From Candidatus Bathyarchaeia archaeon (lineage in GTDB: Archaea > Thermoproteota > Bathyarchaeia > Bathyarchaeales > Bathycorpusculaceae), in contig JBEKKX010000028.1 of assembly GCA_050010515.1 (NCBI GenBank), forward strand, positions 1 through 31,320: a stretch of DNA of 31,320 bases, given 5' to 3'. Positions within the stretch are counted from its first letter, which is position 1. Each line of letters opens with the position of its first letter. Shown piece by piece: positions 8,260 through 17,897 of the stretch. Under the pieces are notes generated by a model. The model saw nothing but the letters and a program-made list of their open reading frames with translations, did not search any database and was not told where the DNA came from. The position numbers and the translations under genes were made by a program.

Positions 8260-8654
8260 AAATGCTAAGATGCCACCTGTCCCTCATGGTTTTTTTAAGA
8301 AAACATGGCTTAGTTTTTCCAAGAGATGCCGGGGCAGTTTTGATTTATGATAGCTATTGGGGATTAAACGATTTTTTGTATAAGCCAAATATCAGTTTTA
8401 ACATAAAATTCTATGTTCGAAGCGCCTTTTTATGCACTCCTTGGCACTATTGGTGCTGTTCTTCTGCTTGTTGGCTGAATGGATATATTTTTTAAAAAAT
8501 CACGGATGCCAATGCGATTGGAATCAAGCTTGGTTTCTAAGATTAAAGCCCAAGAGAACTTACCGCGGATGTGTTGTTATATTTTTTGTGTCTGTTTTGA
8601 TAAGGCTTAATAGTTTCCTATGCCGTGTCATCTTAATTATAACGTGACCTTGTT

Positions 8655-9938
8655 ATGGTTGATGTTTGGCTTCCCTACGGAAAAACCGACGTGTGCGTCC
8701 GTGTTCCAGCCCGAAACCTCCTTGGAACAATCGAGCCCACTGAGCGCCAAGGCGCATTGGATGCTAAGGCTGAGGTGGAGCGGGCTCTAAAAGAACCCAT
8801 AGGCTCAAAACGCCTATGCGAAATCGTCAAGCCCGAGAGCAAAGTGGCTATTGTTGTTGACGATGCTACTAGGAAAGCGCCGAGTGAAGTGATGCTTTTG
8901 CCAGTGCTCGCCGAACTGAATCTAGCTGGCGTAAAAGATGAGAATGTCATGGTTATTTTCGGTTGCGGAACGCACCGGGCGGTTAAGCCTGAGGAAGCGA
9001 CGGCGCTGCTTGGTGCGGAAGCGCTTAAACGGGTGAAAACCATCAGCCATGACTGCCGAGCGCAAGATTTAGTTTACTTGGGCACAACTAAGACGCATGG
9101 CAACAAAGTGCATGTTAACCGCGTGTTCGCAAAGGCAGACGTGAAAGTGCTCTTGGGAGATGTTGGCTTCCACTATTATGCTGGTTACGGCGGTGGAAGA
9201 AAAAGCGTTTTACCAGCGGTCTGCGGCGAAGAAACCATAAAGCAAAATCATGCAATGCTACTTCACGCCAATGCACGAACTGGAGTTCTGGAAGATAATC
9301 CAGTGCATCGCGACATGACTGAGGCAGCAAGATTAGCCAAAATAGACTTCATAGTAAACGTTGTTGCGAACAAGAAGGGCGAAATCGTAAAAGCCTTTGC
9401 TGGGGATTTAGAGCAGGCATTTCTGGAAGCCGTAAAACTGGTCGACGAAATGTACCGCATAACAGTGGACCGTCGAGCAGACATCATAGTTGTAAGTGCA
9501 GGCGGCCATCCAGCGGACATGAATCTGTACCAAGCTTACAAAGCGGTCGACAACGCGTTGGACGCAGTTAAACGCGGAGGAGTAATAATACTTGTCGCTG
9601 AGTGTCCTGAAGGGCACGGGAACCAAGTGTTTTATGATTGGATGACGCGTTTGGGGGATTTGAAAAATGTTGAACGTGAAATTAAACGCAACTTTGTTTT
9701 GGGCGGCCACAAGGCTTATTACCTTTTAAAAGCTCTGCAGAACCACCAAATCATATTGGTATCATCCTTGCCTGATTACTATGCGACGAGCATATTCAAG
9801 TTGAAGACGGCTCGAGCCGTAAATGACGCTTTTGCTGAAGCGTTGAAAATTACGGGTTCAGCTTCAAGAGTTTGGGCGATGCCTCAGGGCAGCAACACCT
9901 TATCCGTGTTCAAGGCGCCGGAAGAAACAAAGACTTAG
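8655..9938 (+). CDS. larA: Nickel-pincer-dependent lactate racemase family (LarA-like) protein
   Basis: 427 aa; DDATR, GCGTHR, HYYAGYGGGRKSVLP, DMNLYQAYKA motifs typical of the LarA family; substrate not determinable. Confidence 0.85.
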   Translation: MVDVWLPYGKTDVCVRVPARNLLGTIEPTERQGALDAKAEVERALKEPIGSKRLCEIVKPESKVAIVVDDATRKAPSEVMLLPVLAELNLAGVKDENVMVIFGCGTHRAVKPEEATALLGAEALKRVKTISHDCRAQDLVYLGTTKTHGNKVHVNRVFAKADVKVLLGDVGFHYYAGYGGGRKSVLPAVCGEETIKQNHAMLLHANARTGVLEDNPVHRDMTEAARLAKIDFIVNVVANKKGEIVKAFAGDLEQAFLEAVKLVDEMYRITVDRRADIIVVSAGGHPADMNLYQAYKAVDNALDAVKRGGVIILVAECPEGHGNQVFYDWMTRLGDLKNVEREIKRNFVLGGHKAYYLLKALQNHQIILVSSLPDYYATSIFKLKTARAVNDAFAEALKITGSASRVWAMPQGSNTLSVFKAPEETKT

Positions 9939-10034
9939 ACAATCTGCCTATGCAATGCAAGAAAGCAAGAGATTGTTGCGTAAAGCGTAACCTTTAAGTT
10001 GCAACGGTGAAATTTGGTTTAAGAAGGCGAAACA

Positions 10035-10511
10035 ATGCAACAAACCTTCAAGCTCCGCAAATTTGTCCCCGATGATTTACAAAGTGTAATGCAAATCAAC
10101 CGCGTCTGCCTTCCAGAAAACTATACTGACTTCTTCTTCATGGACTTGCATCAACGGTTTCCTGAGACCTTTATTGTAGCAGAAGAGAACGGAGTTATTG
10201 CAGGTTACACCATGTGCCGAATTGAAGTTGGCTTATCAAATTATGGTTTCGGCGGCTTAATAAGAAAAGGACACGTGGTATCCATAGCGGTTCTGCCACA
10301 ATACAGGCGCAAGGGGATTGCCCAAGCAGTAATCACCAAAGCGTTGGAGGGCATGCAATATTACAAAGCTAAACAATGCTTCCTAGAAGTCAGAGTGACA
10401 AATGAGGCTGCAATTTCGCTCTATAAGAAGTTAGGATTTGAAGTTACCCGAACCATTAATGGGTACTATTCAGACGGCGAAGACGCAAACGTCATGGCAA
10501 AACGACTTTAA
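10035..10511 (+). CDS. ard1: Archaeal N-terminal protein acetyltransferase (Ard1/RimI-like GNAT)
   Basis: 158 aa; CLPENY, GHVVSIAVLPQYRRKGIA, LEVRVTN, YYSDGEDA motifs. Confidence 0.88.
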   Translation: MQQTFKLRKFVPDDLQSVMQINRVCLPENYTDFFFMDLHQRFPETFIVAEENGVIAGYTMCRIEVGLSNYGFGGLIRKGHVVSIAVLPQYRRKGIAQAVITKALEGMQYYKAKQCFLEVRVTNEAAISLYKKLGFEVTRTINGYYSDGEDANVMAKRL

Positions 10512-11121
10512 GCTGAGTTACCATTCTTTTTAAGGCTAACGGAACCGTCAAGTTCACCGTAATAATCAACGCTAATAGTCCATATTGTACTCCCGTTGCC
10601 AAAGCGGCAGTGTCAACGAATACTTGGAAGTTTTGTGCTCCAGCCATCAAGTTCATCATGCCCATGCCAAGTGTCAACAGCGTTAACGGTATGGTAGCGT
10701 AGAGGGCGATGCTTTCCTTAATTTTAAAGAGCAAAATATAGGAGAAAATTAATGTTGGAGCGTAATATGCGAATGCGCCTAAAATGCCAAGCGGCCACCC
10801 GAGCGGATTCAACTCTACCGCTAAACCTGTAACGTTAATGGCGTAGAATGTTGTTGCAATATCAAACATCCAGAAGGCTAACGCAACACCTTGAAAAGAA
10901 AACAGCAAATTCCGCCATTTCTCAGAAGTGTCTGGCGCTGCTTTTGGGTTAGTATTTTTCAGCTTAAGATATGTTATGCTGGAGACCGGAATAAGCAAGA
11001 TGAGCGCGTATGTTAAGCCTAGCCAAGCGTCGCCAGCTCTGATGAGCGCGGCGATGTTGAATATCCAGATTAGTCCTGTGGCAACTAGAAAGCCTTGAGC
11101 TAAGCTTTTCAGTGACCCCAT
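10492..11121 (-). CDS. Hypothetical multi-pass membrane protein
   Basis: 209 aa with about six hydrophobic segments; DxxTT...ELNPL motif reminiscent of DUF5658-type proteins; 20-nt convergent overlap with ard1. Confidence 0.7.
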   Translation of the reverse strand: MGSLKSLAQGFLVATGLIWIFNIAALIRAGDAWLGLTYALILLIPVSSITYLKLKNTNPKAAPDTSEKWRNLLFSFQGVALAFWMFDIATTFYAINVTGLAVELNPLGWPLGILGAFAYYAPTLIFSYILLFKIKESIALYATIPLTLLTLGMGMMNLMAGAQNFQVFVDTAALATGVQYGLLALIITVNLTVPLALKRMVTQLKVVLP

Positions 11122-11307
11122 AACAGTTTTTCTCCCCCATTATCGCCCTTTAGGGTAGTTACCTACATAACTTTTATTCCCAAAACGCAGTTTCAACCGT
11201 CCTGTTGCACAACGGAACAATATACGTCAACATCTTTTCCGATGAATCGAACGAATAACCAACTTCTTTAAAACGCTGGGCACATAATTATCTTTGAGGA
11301 ATCAAGT

Positions 11308-11997
11308 TTGTCAATCCAGAAAATACCAGAAAAAAACACTATCTTATTCGTGTGGTTTAACCAGTATGCTGGAATAGTCCTAAAAACCCCCAGTAAAACC
11401 CTTGCCATAGACCCAGTCGACATCAAACCCAAAAGCCTCCAAAATGTAGATGCAATCCTAATAACACACGAGCATTATGACCACTTGGACCCAAGACTAA
11501 TCACAGCAATCCAGAAAGCGACAAACTGTACAATAATCGCTGATTCAGCCTCAACTAAAAAACTGCAACACGCAATACCCGCAGAAAAACTCCAAGAAAT
11601 CAAACCAGGCGCTGAAATAAAAATCGGCGAAGTCTCCGTTAAAGCAGAAAAATGCAACCACAATGCTCAAGCGCCAGTAACTTACATAATAACCAGTGAA
11701 GACGAAGTCAAAGTCTACCATACAGCAGACAGTTTACCCTTTCCAGAACTAGCAGCTATAGGGCAAAGAGAAAAATTCGACGTAGTCTTCTGCACAGTTG
11801 GCATAGCGCCGGGCTCCACGCCGCAAACAGGATTTGAAATAGCGCGGTTAACTAAGCCTCAAGTCGTAGTGCCCTATCATACAGCGTCAGCAGCTAGCCA
11901 AACAGAATTCGCGCAAATAATAAAGAAGGAATTGCCTAGAACTGCATGCTTGATTCCTGAACAAAATAAAATCTATCAGGTATCAAAAAGGAAGTGA
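11308..11997 (+). CDS. MBL-fold metallo-hydrolase
   Basis: 229 aa, TTG start; IDP, THEHYDH, YHTADS, VVPYH motifs. Confidence 0.85.
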   Translation: MSIQKIPEKNTILFVWFNQYAGIVLKTPSKTLAIDPVDIKPKSLQNVDAILITHEHYDHLDPRLITAIQKATNCTIIADSASTKKLQHAIPAEKLQEIKPGAEIKIGEVSVKAEKCNHNAQAPVTYIITSEDEVKVYHTADSLPFPELAAIGQREKFDVVFCTVGIAPGSTPQTGFEIARLTKPQVVVPYHTASAASQTEFAQIIKKELPRTACLIPEQNKIYQVSKRK

Positions 11998-12632
11998 AAA
12001 AATTGAAAATAGACAAAGTGGTCCAAGACAAGAAAGACAAAGTGGCAAACATACTCTTCAAAATTGACGCAATAAAATTTGGAGTGTTCAAACTATCTAG
12101 TGGAAAAGCAAGTCCCTACTACATTGATCTTAGAGTAATTCCCAGCTTCCCAGATGCCTTCAGAGAAATCTGCGACTTCTACGCTGAATACATAACCAAC
12201 CAGATTGGAGTAAAAACCTTTGATAGAATGGCAGGAGTACCATTAACAGGAATTATATTTGCGTCCCAAGTTGCGTATAACCTCAAAAAACCCTTCCTTT
12301 ATGTGCGCAAAGGCATCCGACTGCATGGAAGAGAACGGAGGGTGGAAGGACTTCTGGTATCAGGGGACAGAGTTCTATTAATTGATGATTTAGTAACCAC
12401 TGGGTTAACTCTCAAAAAAGCTGCGGAAGCTGTTAGAGCTGAAGGTGGCGTGGTAACAGATGCCGTCGTTTTTCTAGACAGAGAAGAAGGCGGAAACCAA
12501 CAGCTTGAAAAAAACGGAATAAATCTTCATGTATTGCTGAAAATAAGCGAAGTAGCTAACATGCTCTATGAATTAGACGCTATTGACCAAGAAGACCTAA
12601 AAACAATCCTAAAACAGGTAAAAAAACAGTAA
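11994..12632 (+). CDS. pyrE: Orotate phosphoribosyltransferase
   Basis: FKLSSGKASPYYIDLR and PRPP-binding VLLIDDLVTTG motifs. Confidence 0.93.
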   Translation: MKKLKIDKVVQDKKDKVANILFKIDAIKFGVFKLSSGKASPYYIDLRVIPSFPDAFREICDFYAEYITNQIGVKTFDRMAGVPLTGIIFASQVAYNLKKPFLYVRKGIRLHGRERRVEGLLVSGDRVLLIDDLVTTGLTLKKAAEAVRAEGGVVTDAVVFLDREEGGNQQLEKNGINLHVLLKISEVANMLYELDAIDQEDLKTILKQVKKQ

Positions 12633-12642
12633 AGCTCAAATT

Positions 12643-13203
12643 TTATTCATAAAATATTAGACTGGTTTCTTCAAGTAGCGTATGCAATTTTTCCACCGCG
12701 TCATAAACGTCTTGTTCTTTTTTGGCTCCGGTGCAAACGAGCTTTCCACTTGCAAAAAGCAAAATCACAACTTTTGGCTCTTGCATCCTATAGATTAAAC
12801 CTGGGAACTGTTCAGGTTCGTACATTGCGTGTCCAAGCGTGTATGCAGCTTTTTCTAAATCGATCATGCCGCCTAAACCGCCTGCAGCAACGATGTTTTG
12901 TATTTTAAGTTCTGGTTTGCTGATGATTATTATGCCGCCTTTCTTAAGTTCCTTAACAACTTTCATTACGGCTCTACGAGCTTCTTTCTCCGATTTAGCC
13001 CCTGTGCAAACCATCTTTCCAGAACTAAAAATTAAAGTCGCGGTTTTGGGGCGTTTTAACCTGAAAACTAGACCTGGAAACTGTTCAGGGCGATATTCAA
13101 CACCTGGGTAACCCTTTACCACGGCGTTCAAGTCAACTTTCTGGTTCAGCGTTGCGGAAGCGACCACATTCTCGATACTTATTGTAGCTTTAACTTTTGG
13201 CAC
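12643..13203 (-). CDS. tbp: TATA-box-binding protein
   Basis: Two TBP repeats: IENVVAS/IQNIVA, Y(R/E)PEQFPGL, F(S/A)SGK(M/L)VCTGAK. Confidence 0.97.
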   Translation of the reverse strand: MPKVKATISIENVVASATLNQKVDLNAVVKGYPGVEYRPEQFPGLVFRLKRPKTATLIFSSGKMVCTGAKSEKEARRAVMKVVKELKKGGIIIISKPELKIQNIVAAGGLGGMIDLEKAAYTLGHAMYEPEQFPGLIYRMQEPKVVILLFASGKLVCTGAKKEQDVYDAVEKLHTLLEETSLIFYE

Positions 13204-13254
13204 TCAATTTCCCTCTTTCTTTAACGCCCTTTAAATATCCCTTATCAACTGACT

Positions 13255-13971
13255 TTATAAAGACATCTGTGACTGCGGCTGCATTCGGTTCTGTTGTTCA
13301 GGTTTTTTCTCTCTTAATATGGGCATAATAAATTCGATAACTATAAGCAACATTATAAGCGCAATAACCACTGGCAAACCCCAAGAATTATCCCTCATGA
13401 AAAGTGTTACCCAACCAAACCACGGAATACGCATAACAACTATGCCTACTATATAGTTTGAGGGAACTCCTGGTGGATTGCTGCTGTCCCAAGGGTCTAA
13501 GCCTGATGTTGGAGTTTGTGGCCATGGGTTTCCGTTTCCGTCCCCTTTAGTGAGATAATATGTGTTGCCGTTGACTACTACGGTGCCTATTATGCGGTGC
13601 ACAATTAACATATTATAATCGTAGGGGCTATGGAAGACGATTATGTTGCTGTTCGGGTAGTTAGTGTTCAGGTCTTTAGGGTTTACACCTTCGACGATTA
13701 TGATGTCACCCATACTTAGGGTTCGGTCAAACGGGTGAGCTATGCTTAACCAGAAGTTATCGACGCTATCGTAAGGAATACTCATGCTGCCGCTTTCCAC
13801 AGTTAACGCAGGATCAGGCGTGTGAAGCGCTAGTTGCATGCCAAATAAGAAGCCAAGAACAATTGCAACAATCAAGACGATGACAACTACGGTTTTGAAA
13901 TAATCGTTTTTCCAGATCATTTTTAGATCGCTCAAATTTTTGCCTCGGCTATTTGAAGTATTCCTTTTCAT
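13255..13971 (-). CDS. Signal peptidase I (archaeal Sec11/SipW type, S26)
   Basis: N-terminal TM; VESGSM catalytic Ser; IVHRI; TKGDGN; C-terminal TM. Confidence 0.88.
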   Translation of the reverse strand: MKRNTSNSRGKNLSDLKMIWKNDYFKTVVVIVLIVAIVLGFLFGMQLALHTPDPALTVESGSMSIPYDSVDNFWLSIAHPFDRTLSMGDIIIVEGVNPKDLNTNYPNSNIIVFHSPYDYNMLIVHRIIGTVVVNGNTYYLTKGDGNGNPWPQTPTSGLDPWDSSNPPGVPSNYIVGIVVMRIPWFGWVTLFMRDNSWGLPVVIALIMLLIVIEFIMPILREKKPEQQNRMQPQSQMSL

Positions 13972-14064
13972 AAGGAGTTCCTATGTTTTAAAACTTACCG
14001 TTTCATAACAAAGAAAAATAAGAGAGGACAGATAACGCAATCAGTAAGTTTCTGGTTGCACTGT

Positions 14065-14235
14065 TTAGATTTTCTTTTTACTTAACACTTCGCGGAATAC
14101 TTTGCCACATTTTGGGCACTCGTAGAGTCCGATTTCTAGTTGCATGCGTTTTCCAGCTTTATCTGGACGACCAGCCATTTTCCAAGTCTTTTTCGTCTTT
14201 GAAACTTCTGTTCCGCATTTTGGACATTTAGCCAT
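14065..14235 (-). CDS. Cren7-like small basic chromatin protein with two CPKC knuckles (not in ORF track)
   Basis: Manual translation MAKCPKCGTEVSKTKKTWKMAGRPDKAGKRMQLEIGLYECPKCGKVFREVLSKKKI (56 aa); GGAGG RBS upstream; KxW...IGL(Y/F)...GKxFR pattern resembles Cren7. Confidence 0.8.
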   Translation of the reverse strand: MAKCPKCGTEVSKTKKTWKMAGRPDKAGKRMQLEIGLYECPKCGKVFREVLSKKKI

Positions 14236-14551
14236 TCAATTTCCTCCATATTACCGATTCCATGGTTTATCATTATAGAATAAAAAACTTTCCATACCTT
14301 TCCAATACATATTCTGCGTTTCCACGGTATGTTTAAACAATTTTTTGTATACATCATTGAACTTCGTTAAAGGAAATAGTTGAAAGCCTTTAAAATATCA
14401 TATATACTAGCCAAAAACAGCAACAATTAATCGAGCCATTAGCATTAAAAGTTAAAAATTGCCAAGAAAAGCCTGGAGTTCTTGTAAACCTTCCCTAACA
14501 TTTTTTATAGCAGAATCCCAGCTTATCTTACCATTCGAGGTTCAACTTATA

Positions 14552-17422
14552 TTGCAGGCAACTTCTGAAAATGCTTTTGAAATGCTTGTGAAGCCAGTTC
14601 GAAGGCTCGTTGAACAGAAAGGATTCTCTAAACCAACTGAACCTCAAGAAAAAACAATTCCAAAAATCCTTGAAGGAAAAAATGTCCTGTTAATTTCACC
14701 TACAGCCACAGGCAAAACAGAAGCCGCTTTCCTGCCTGTGCTAAGCATGCTTCTTAAAGAACCCAAAACTCCAGGCATAAAAGTGCTATACATCACACCG
14801 TTGCGGGCTTTAAACAGAGACTTGCTTGAGCGGCTTCAGTGGTGGTGCAACAGCCTAGACATAAAACTTGCCGTTAGGCATGGTGACACTGAAACAAAAG
14901 AGAGAACCCGTCAATCCCGAAGCCCGCCTGACATTCTTATAACGACTCCTGAAACCTTGCAAGCTATACTTTCCGGCTGGATTTTACGTCAACACCTGCA
15001 AAGCTTAAGATGGGTAATAATTGATGAAGTACATGAGTTAGCTGACAGCAAAAGGGGAAGCCAGCTGTCATTGGCACTGGAACGGATCAGAAGCCTAATC
15101 GGAAAAGACTTCCAAATGATCGGTTTATCCGCCACCATTGGCAGCCCAGAAAAAGTCGCCCAATTCCTCGTTGGAAGCAAGCGACCAGTCGAAATCATCC
15201 GTGTTCCCGTTGCCAAAATGGTGAAGCTGCAAGTAATCTACCCGAAGCCAAGCGAGGAAGACGTTAGGTTTGCATCGAAAATTTATACGCATCCAGAGGT
15301 GGCGGCTAGACTGCGTATTATTCGCGATTACATGAGCAAACGAAAATCTGTTCTTTTATTTACAAATACACGTTCAATCTCGGAAGTTTTAGCTTCTAGA
15401 TTTAAGGTTTGGGACATTGATTTTCCAATCTCGATCCACCATGGCTCCTTAGCTAAGGTCTCAAGGATAGCTGCTGAAACTGGGTTAAAGCGGGGTGAAC
15501 TTAAGGGTTTAATCGCTACCAGCAGCCTCGAATTAGGCATCGATGTCGGACGCATAGACCTAGTTATTCAGTACATGAGTCCAAGGCAAGTAACCAGGCT
15601 TATCCAGCGCGTAGGACGGGCGGGTCACACTTATGGGCAGGTGGCTGAGGGCGTAATAATTGGCTTGGATTCAGATGATACGCTTGAAGCCTTAGTTATC
15701 GCCCGCAGAGCCCTCATTGAAGAGTTGGAGCCTGTTGAAATTCCAGATAAACCCTATGATGTTTTGGTTCATCAGATTGCTGGCTTGATGCTGAAGAGTA
15801 GGCGATTAGAATTTAACGATGTTCTAGAAATAGCGCGTAACGCTGCACCGTTTGAGAACTTAACATTGGAAGATGTCGGAAAAGCCTTCAAGTATATGCA
15901 TGAGCGTTTTCCACGGTTAGCTTGGGTGTCTTTTGAGGATCAGGTGGCTTTGAAGCCTCAGCGGTCTAAGACTTTGTTTGAGTACTATTTTGATAATTTA
16001 TCAATGATTCCTGAGGAGAAACAATTCCTTGTAATTGACGAGTCATCTGACACTTCAATAGGTGTTTTAGACGAAGCGTTCATGGCGGAGTACGGCAAGC
16101 CTGGAACAAAATTCATCATACGTGGCAGCCCATGGCAAATAATTCATGCCACAGAAGACAAAGTATATGTGCGCCCTGTTGATGACCCGACCGGTTCAAT
16201 TCCCAGCTGGATAGGCGAAGAAATTCCCGTCCCGTATGAGATAGCGCAGGAAGTGGCGGAAATACGTGGTTTTGTGGAAGAAAAAATGCATAATGGGCTT
16301 ACGCCTGAACAGGTTAGCGCTTTGCTTTCTGAGCGTTACGCAGCTGATAAGGAGACTATTTTGCATGCGTTGGCAGAGACGATGGAGCAGGTGAACTGTG
16401 GCTTTGCGGTTCCTACTTCAACGCGGATTGTAGTTGAGGATTGGGGTGAATTTGTTATTATTCACTCTAATTTTGGTTCACTAATTAACCGTGCCTTAGC
16501 GCAGTTCCTTGGGGAAGTGTTGTCTGATAAGCTTGGTCATGGTATCGTGGTTCAGCATGACCCTTACCGCATTTTTGTGCAAACCATGGGCAGTATGAGT
16601 GCTGAGAGGCTGGTTGAAGTTTTCAATGAACTGAAAGGCATGAGTTCCCAAGCGGTTAAGGACACGTTAACTAGGTCAACTGTGAAGACTGGCTTATTCA
16701 AGAGACGGATAATACAAGTAGCAAGACGTTTTGGTGCACTAAAGAAGTGGGCTGACTTTAGCAACGTTAGCATCCAGAAGTTGATTACGAGTTTTGAGGG
16801 TACGCTGATTTATGAGGAGGGTCTAAAGGAGGTTTTCTCTAAAGACCTTGATGCAGATGGGCTTGTCATGGTGCTTAAGCGGATTCATGACGGTAACGTA
16901 GGCTTGCAAGTTGTTGCCACTGGCGGAGATGCGACTCCTGTTGCTCGCGTGGGTATCGAGCGGGTAAGCATGAAAACCGATCTTATTCCGCCTGAGAAAA
17001 TGCGTGCAGTGCTTATTGCGGCAGCCAAAGCACGATTACTTAATGAAACGGGCAATTTTGTTTGCACTAGCTGTTGGGATTACATGGAGACGATTCGCAT
17101 CAAAGATTTGCCTGATAAACCAATGTGTCCCAGATGCGGGTCTTTTGCCATTGGATTGTTGAAGGTGGATGAGGAGAAGGCTTTACCGTTAATTGAGAAG
17201 AAAGGACGCTTAGCTAAGGACGAGGAAAAGATGCAGTTGCAAGCTAAGCACACTGCTGAATTAATAGAAAAGTATGGTAAAGTGGCTGCGGTGGCATTGA
17301 GCGCTCGACGGGTTCCAACGGTGGACATTGCAGCTGTTTTGGAGAAGGAGCCTAAGCTTTCAGACCGATTTTACGAGTTGGTTTTGGAGGCTGAACGTAA
17401 AGCACTGAGTAAGCGGTTTTGA
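14552..17422 (+). CDS. lhr: Lhr-family SF2 DEAD/DEAH-box helicase with C-terminal Zn-finger
   Basis: PTATGKT, PLRALNRD, DEVH, SAT, HHGSL, LELGID, QRVGRAGH, IPSWIGE motifs; CTSC...CPRC near C-terminus; start placed at in-frame TTG 14552 after GAGG (ORF open from 14459). Confidence 0.92.
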   Translation: MQATSENAFEMLVKPVRRLVEQKGFSKPTEPQEKTIPKILEGKNVLLISPTATGKTEAAFLPVLSMLLKEPKTPGIKVLYITPLRALNRDLLERLQWWCNSLDIKLAVRHGDTETKERTRQSRSPPDILITTPETLQAILSGWILRQHLQSLRWVIIDEVHELADSKRGSQLSLALERIRSLIGKDFQMIGLSATIGSPEKVAQFLVGSKRPVEIIRVPVAKMVKLQVIYPKPSEEDVRFASKIYTHPEVAARLRIIRDYMSKRKSVLLFTNTRSISEVLASRFKVWDIDFPISIHHGSLAKVSRIAAETGLKRGELKGLIATSSLELGIDVGRIDLVIQYMSPRQVTRLIQRVGRAGHTYGQVAEGVIIGLDSDDTLEALVIARRALIEELEPVEIPDKPYDVLVHQIAGLMLKSRRLEFNDVLEIARNAAPFENLTLEDVGKAFKYMHERFPRLAWVSFEDQVALKPQRSKTLFEYYFDNLSMIPEEKQFLVIDESSDTSIGVLDEAFMAEYGKPGTKFIIRGSPWQIIHATEDKVYVRPVDDPTGSIPSWIGEEIPVPYEIAQEVAEIRGFVEEKMHNGLTPEQVSALLSERYAADKETILHALAETMEQVNCGFAVPTSTRIVVEDWGEFVIIHSNFGSLINRALAQFLGEVLSDKLGHGIVVQHDPYRIFVQTMGSMSAERLVEVFNELKGMSSQAVKDTLTRSTVKTGLFKRRIIQVARRFGALKKWADFSNVSIQKLITSFEGTLIYEEGLKEVFSKDLDADGLVMVLKRIHDGNVGLQVVATGGDATPVARVGIERVSMKTDLIPPEKMRAVLIAAAKARLLNETGNFVCTSCWDYMETIRIKDLPDKPMCPRCGSFAIGLLKVDEEKALPLIEKKGRLAKDEEKMQLQAKHTAELIEKYGKVAAVALSARRVPTVDIAAVLEKEPKLSDRFYELVLEAERKALSKRF

Positions 17423-17540
17423 TAAAAATGTTTTGATTTCTTTTTTAAAATTGTCTGTTTATGCGGAATAACAGCAACTTTTTAAACCTAGCTGCTTATT
17501 TGCTTATCTGTTTATAGTGCCAGTAGGAGATTTATGAAGC

Positions 17541-17867
17541 GTGGAAATAAGTCGAAAGAATTTACGCAGTGAAGTTCTTGAACGCATCAAATATGTAAAA
17601 ACTTGTGTCATGGCGCGGGAGCTGTGTTTGCTTGTTCGCACCAATAGGGCTATCTTGGAACCTAAAGATGTGCAAGAAGTATGCCAATACATTTCGAAAC
17701 TATGCAAAGAAGAAGGCTGCTCTGAGCCAAGTGAACTCTGCACGAAAGCAGCTAACGCCGTTGGTTCAGCAGATGAAGAAAAATATCTTGATTTATGCGC
17801 TCAAAGCTGTGCAAAATGCGGAGAAGCTAGAAGACCGGTTCCGAAAAAAGACGCTTACGTGGCATAA
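17541..17867 (+). CDS. Small cysteine-rich hypothetical protein
   Basis: 108 aa, GTG start after AGGAG; 9 Cys; co-oriented with flanking genes. Confidence 0.65.
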   Translation: MEISRKNLRSEVLERIKYVKTCVMARELCLLVRTNRAILEPKDVQEVCQYISKLCKEEGCSEPSELCTKAANAVGSADEEKYLDLCAQSCAKCGEARRPVPKKDAYVA

Positions 17868-17897
17868 AAGCATAAATGACATTGGTGAAGTCTGAAA

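Noticed and set aside
8262-8647. ORFs 8262..8495 and 8432..8647
   Set aside because: Overlapping, AT-rich, atypical composition and no motifs; likely intergenic sequence
14136-14357. 73-aa minus-strand ORF in the track
   Set aside because: Out-of-frame shadow of the Cren7-like gene 14065..14235, which has the RBS and motifs
14459-14551. N-terminal extension of Lhr
   Set aside because: Looks non-conserved; an RBS-like GAGG precedes TTG 14552
17605-17895. Alternative-frame 96-aa ORF
   Set aside because: Overlaps 17541..17867, which has an RBS and a more protein-like composition
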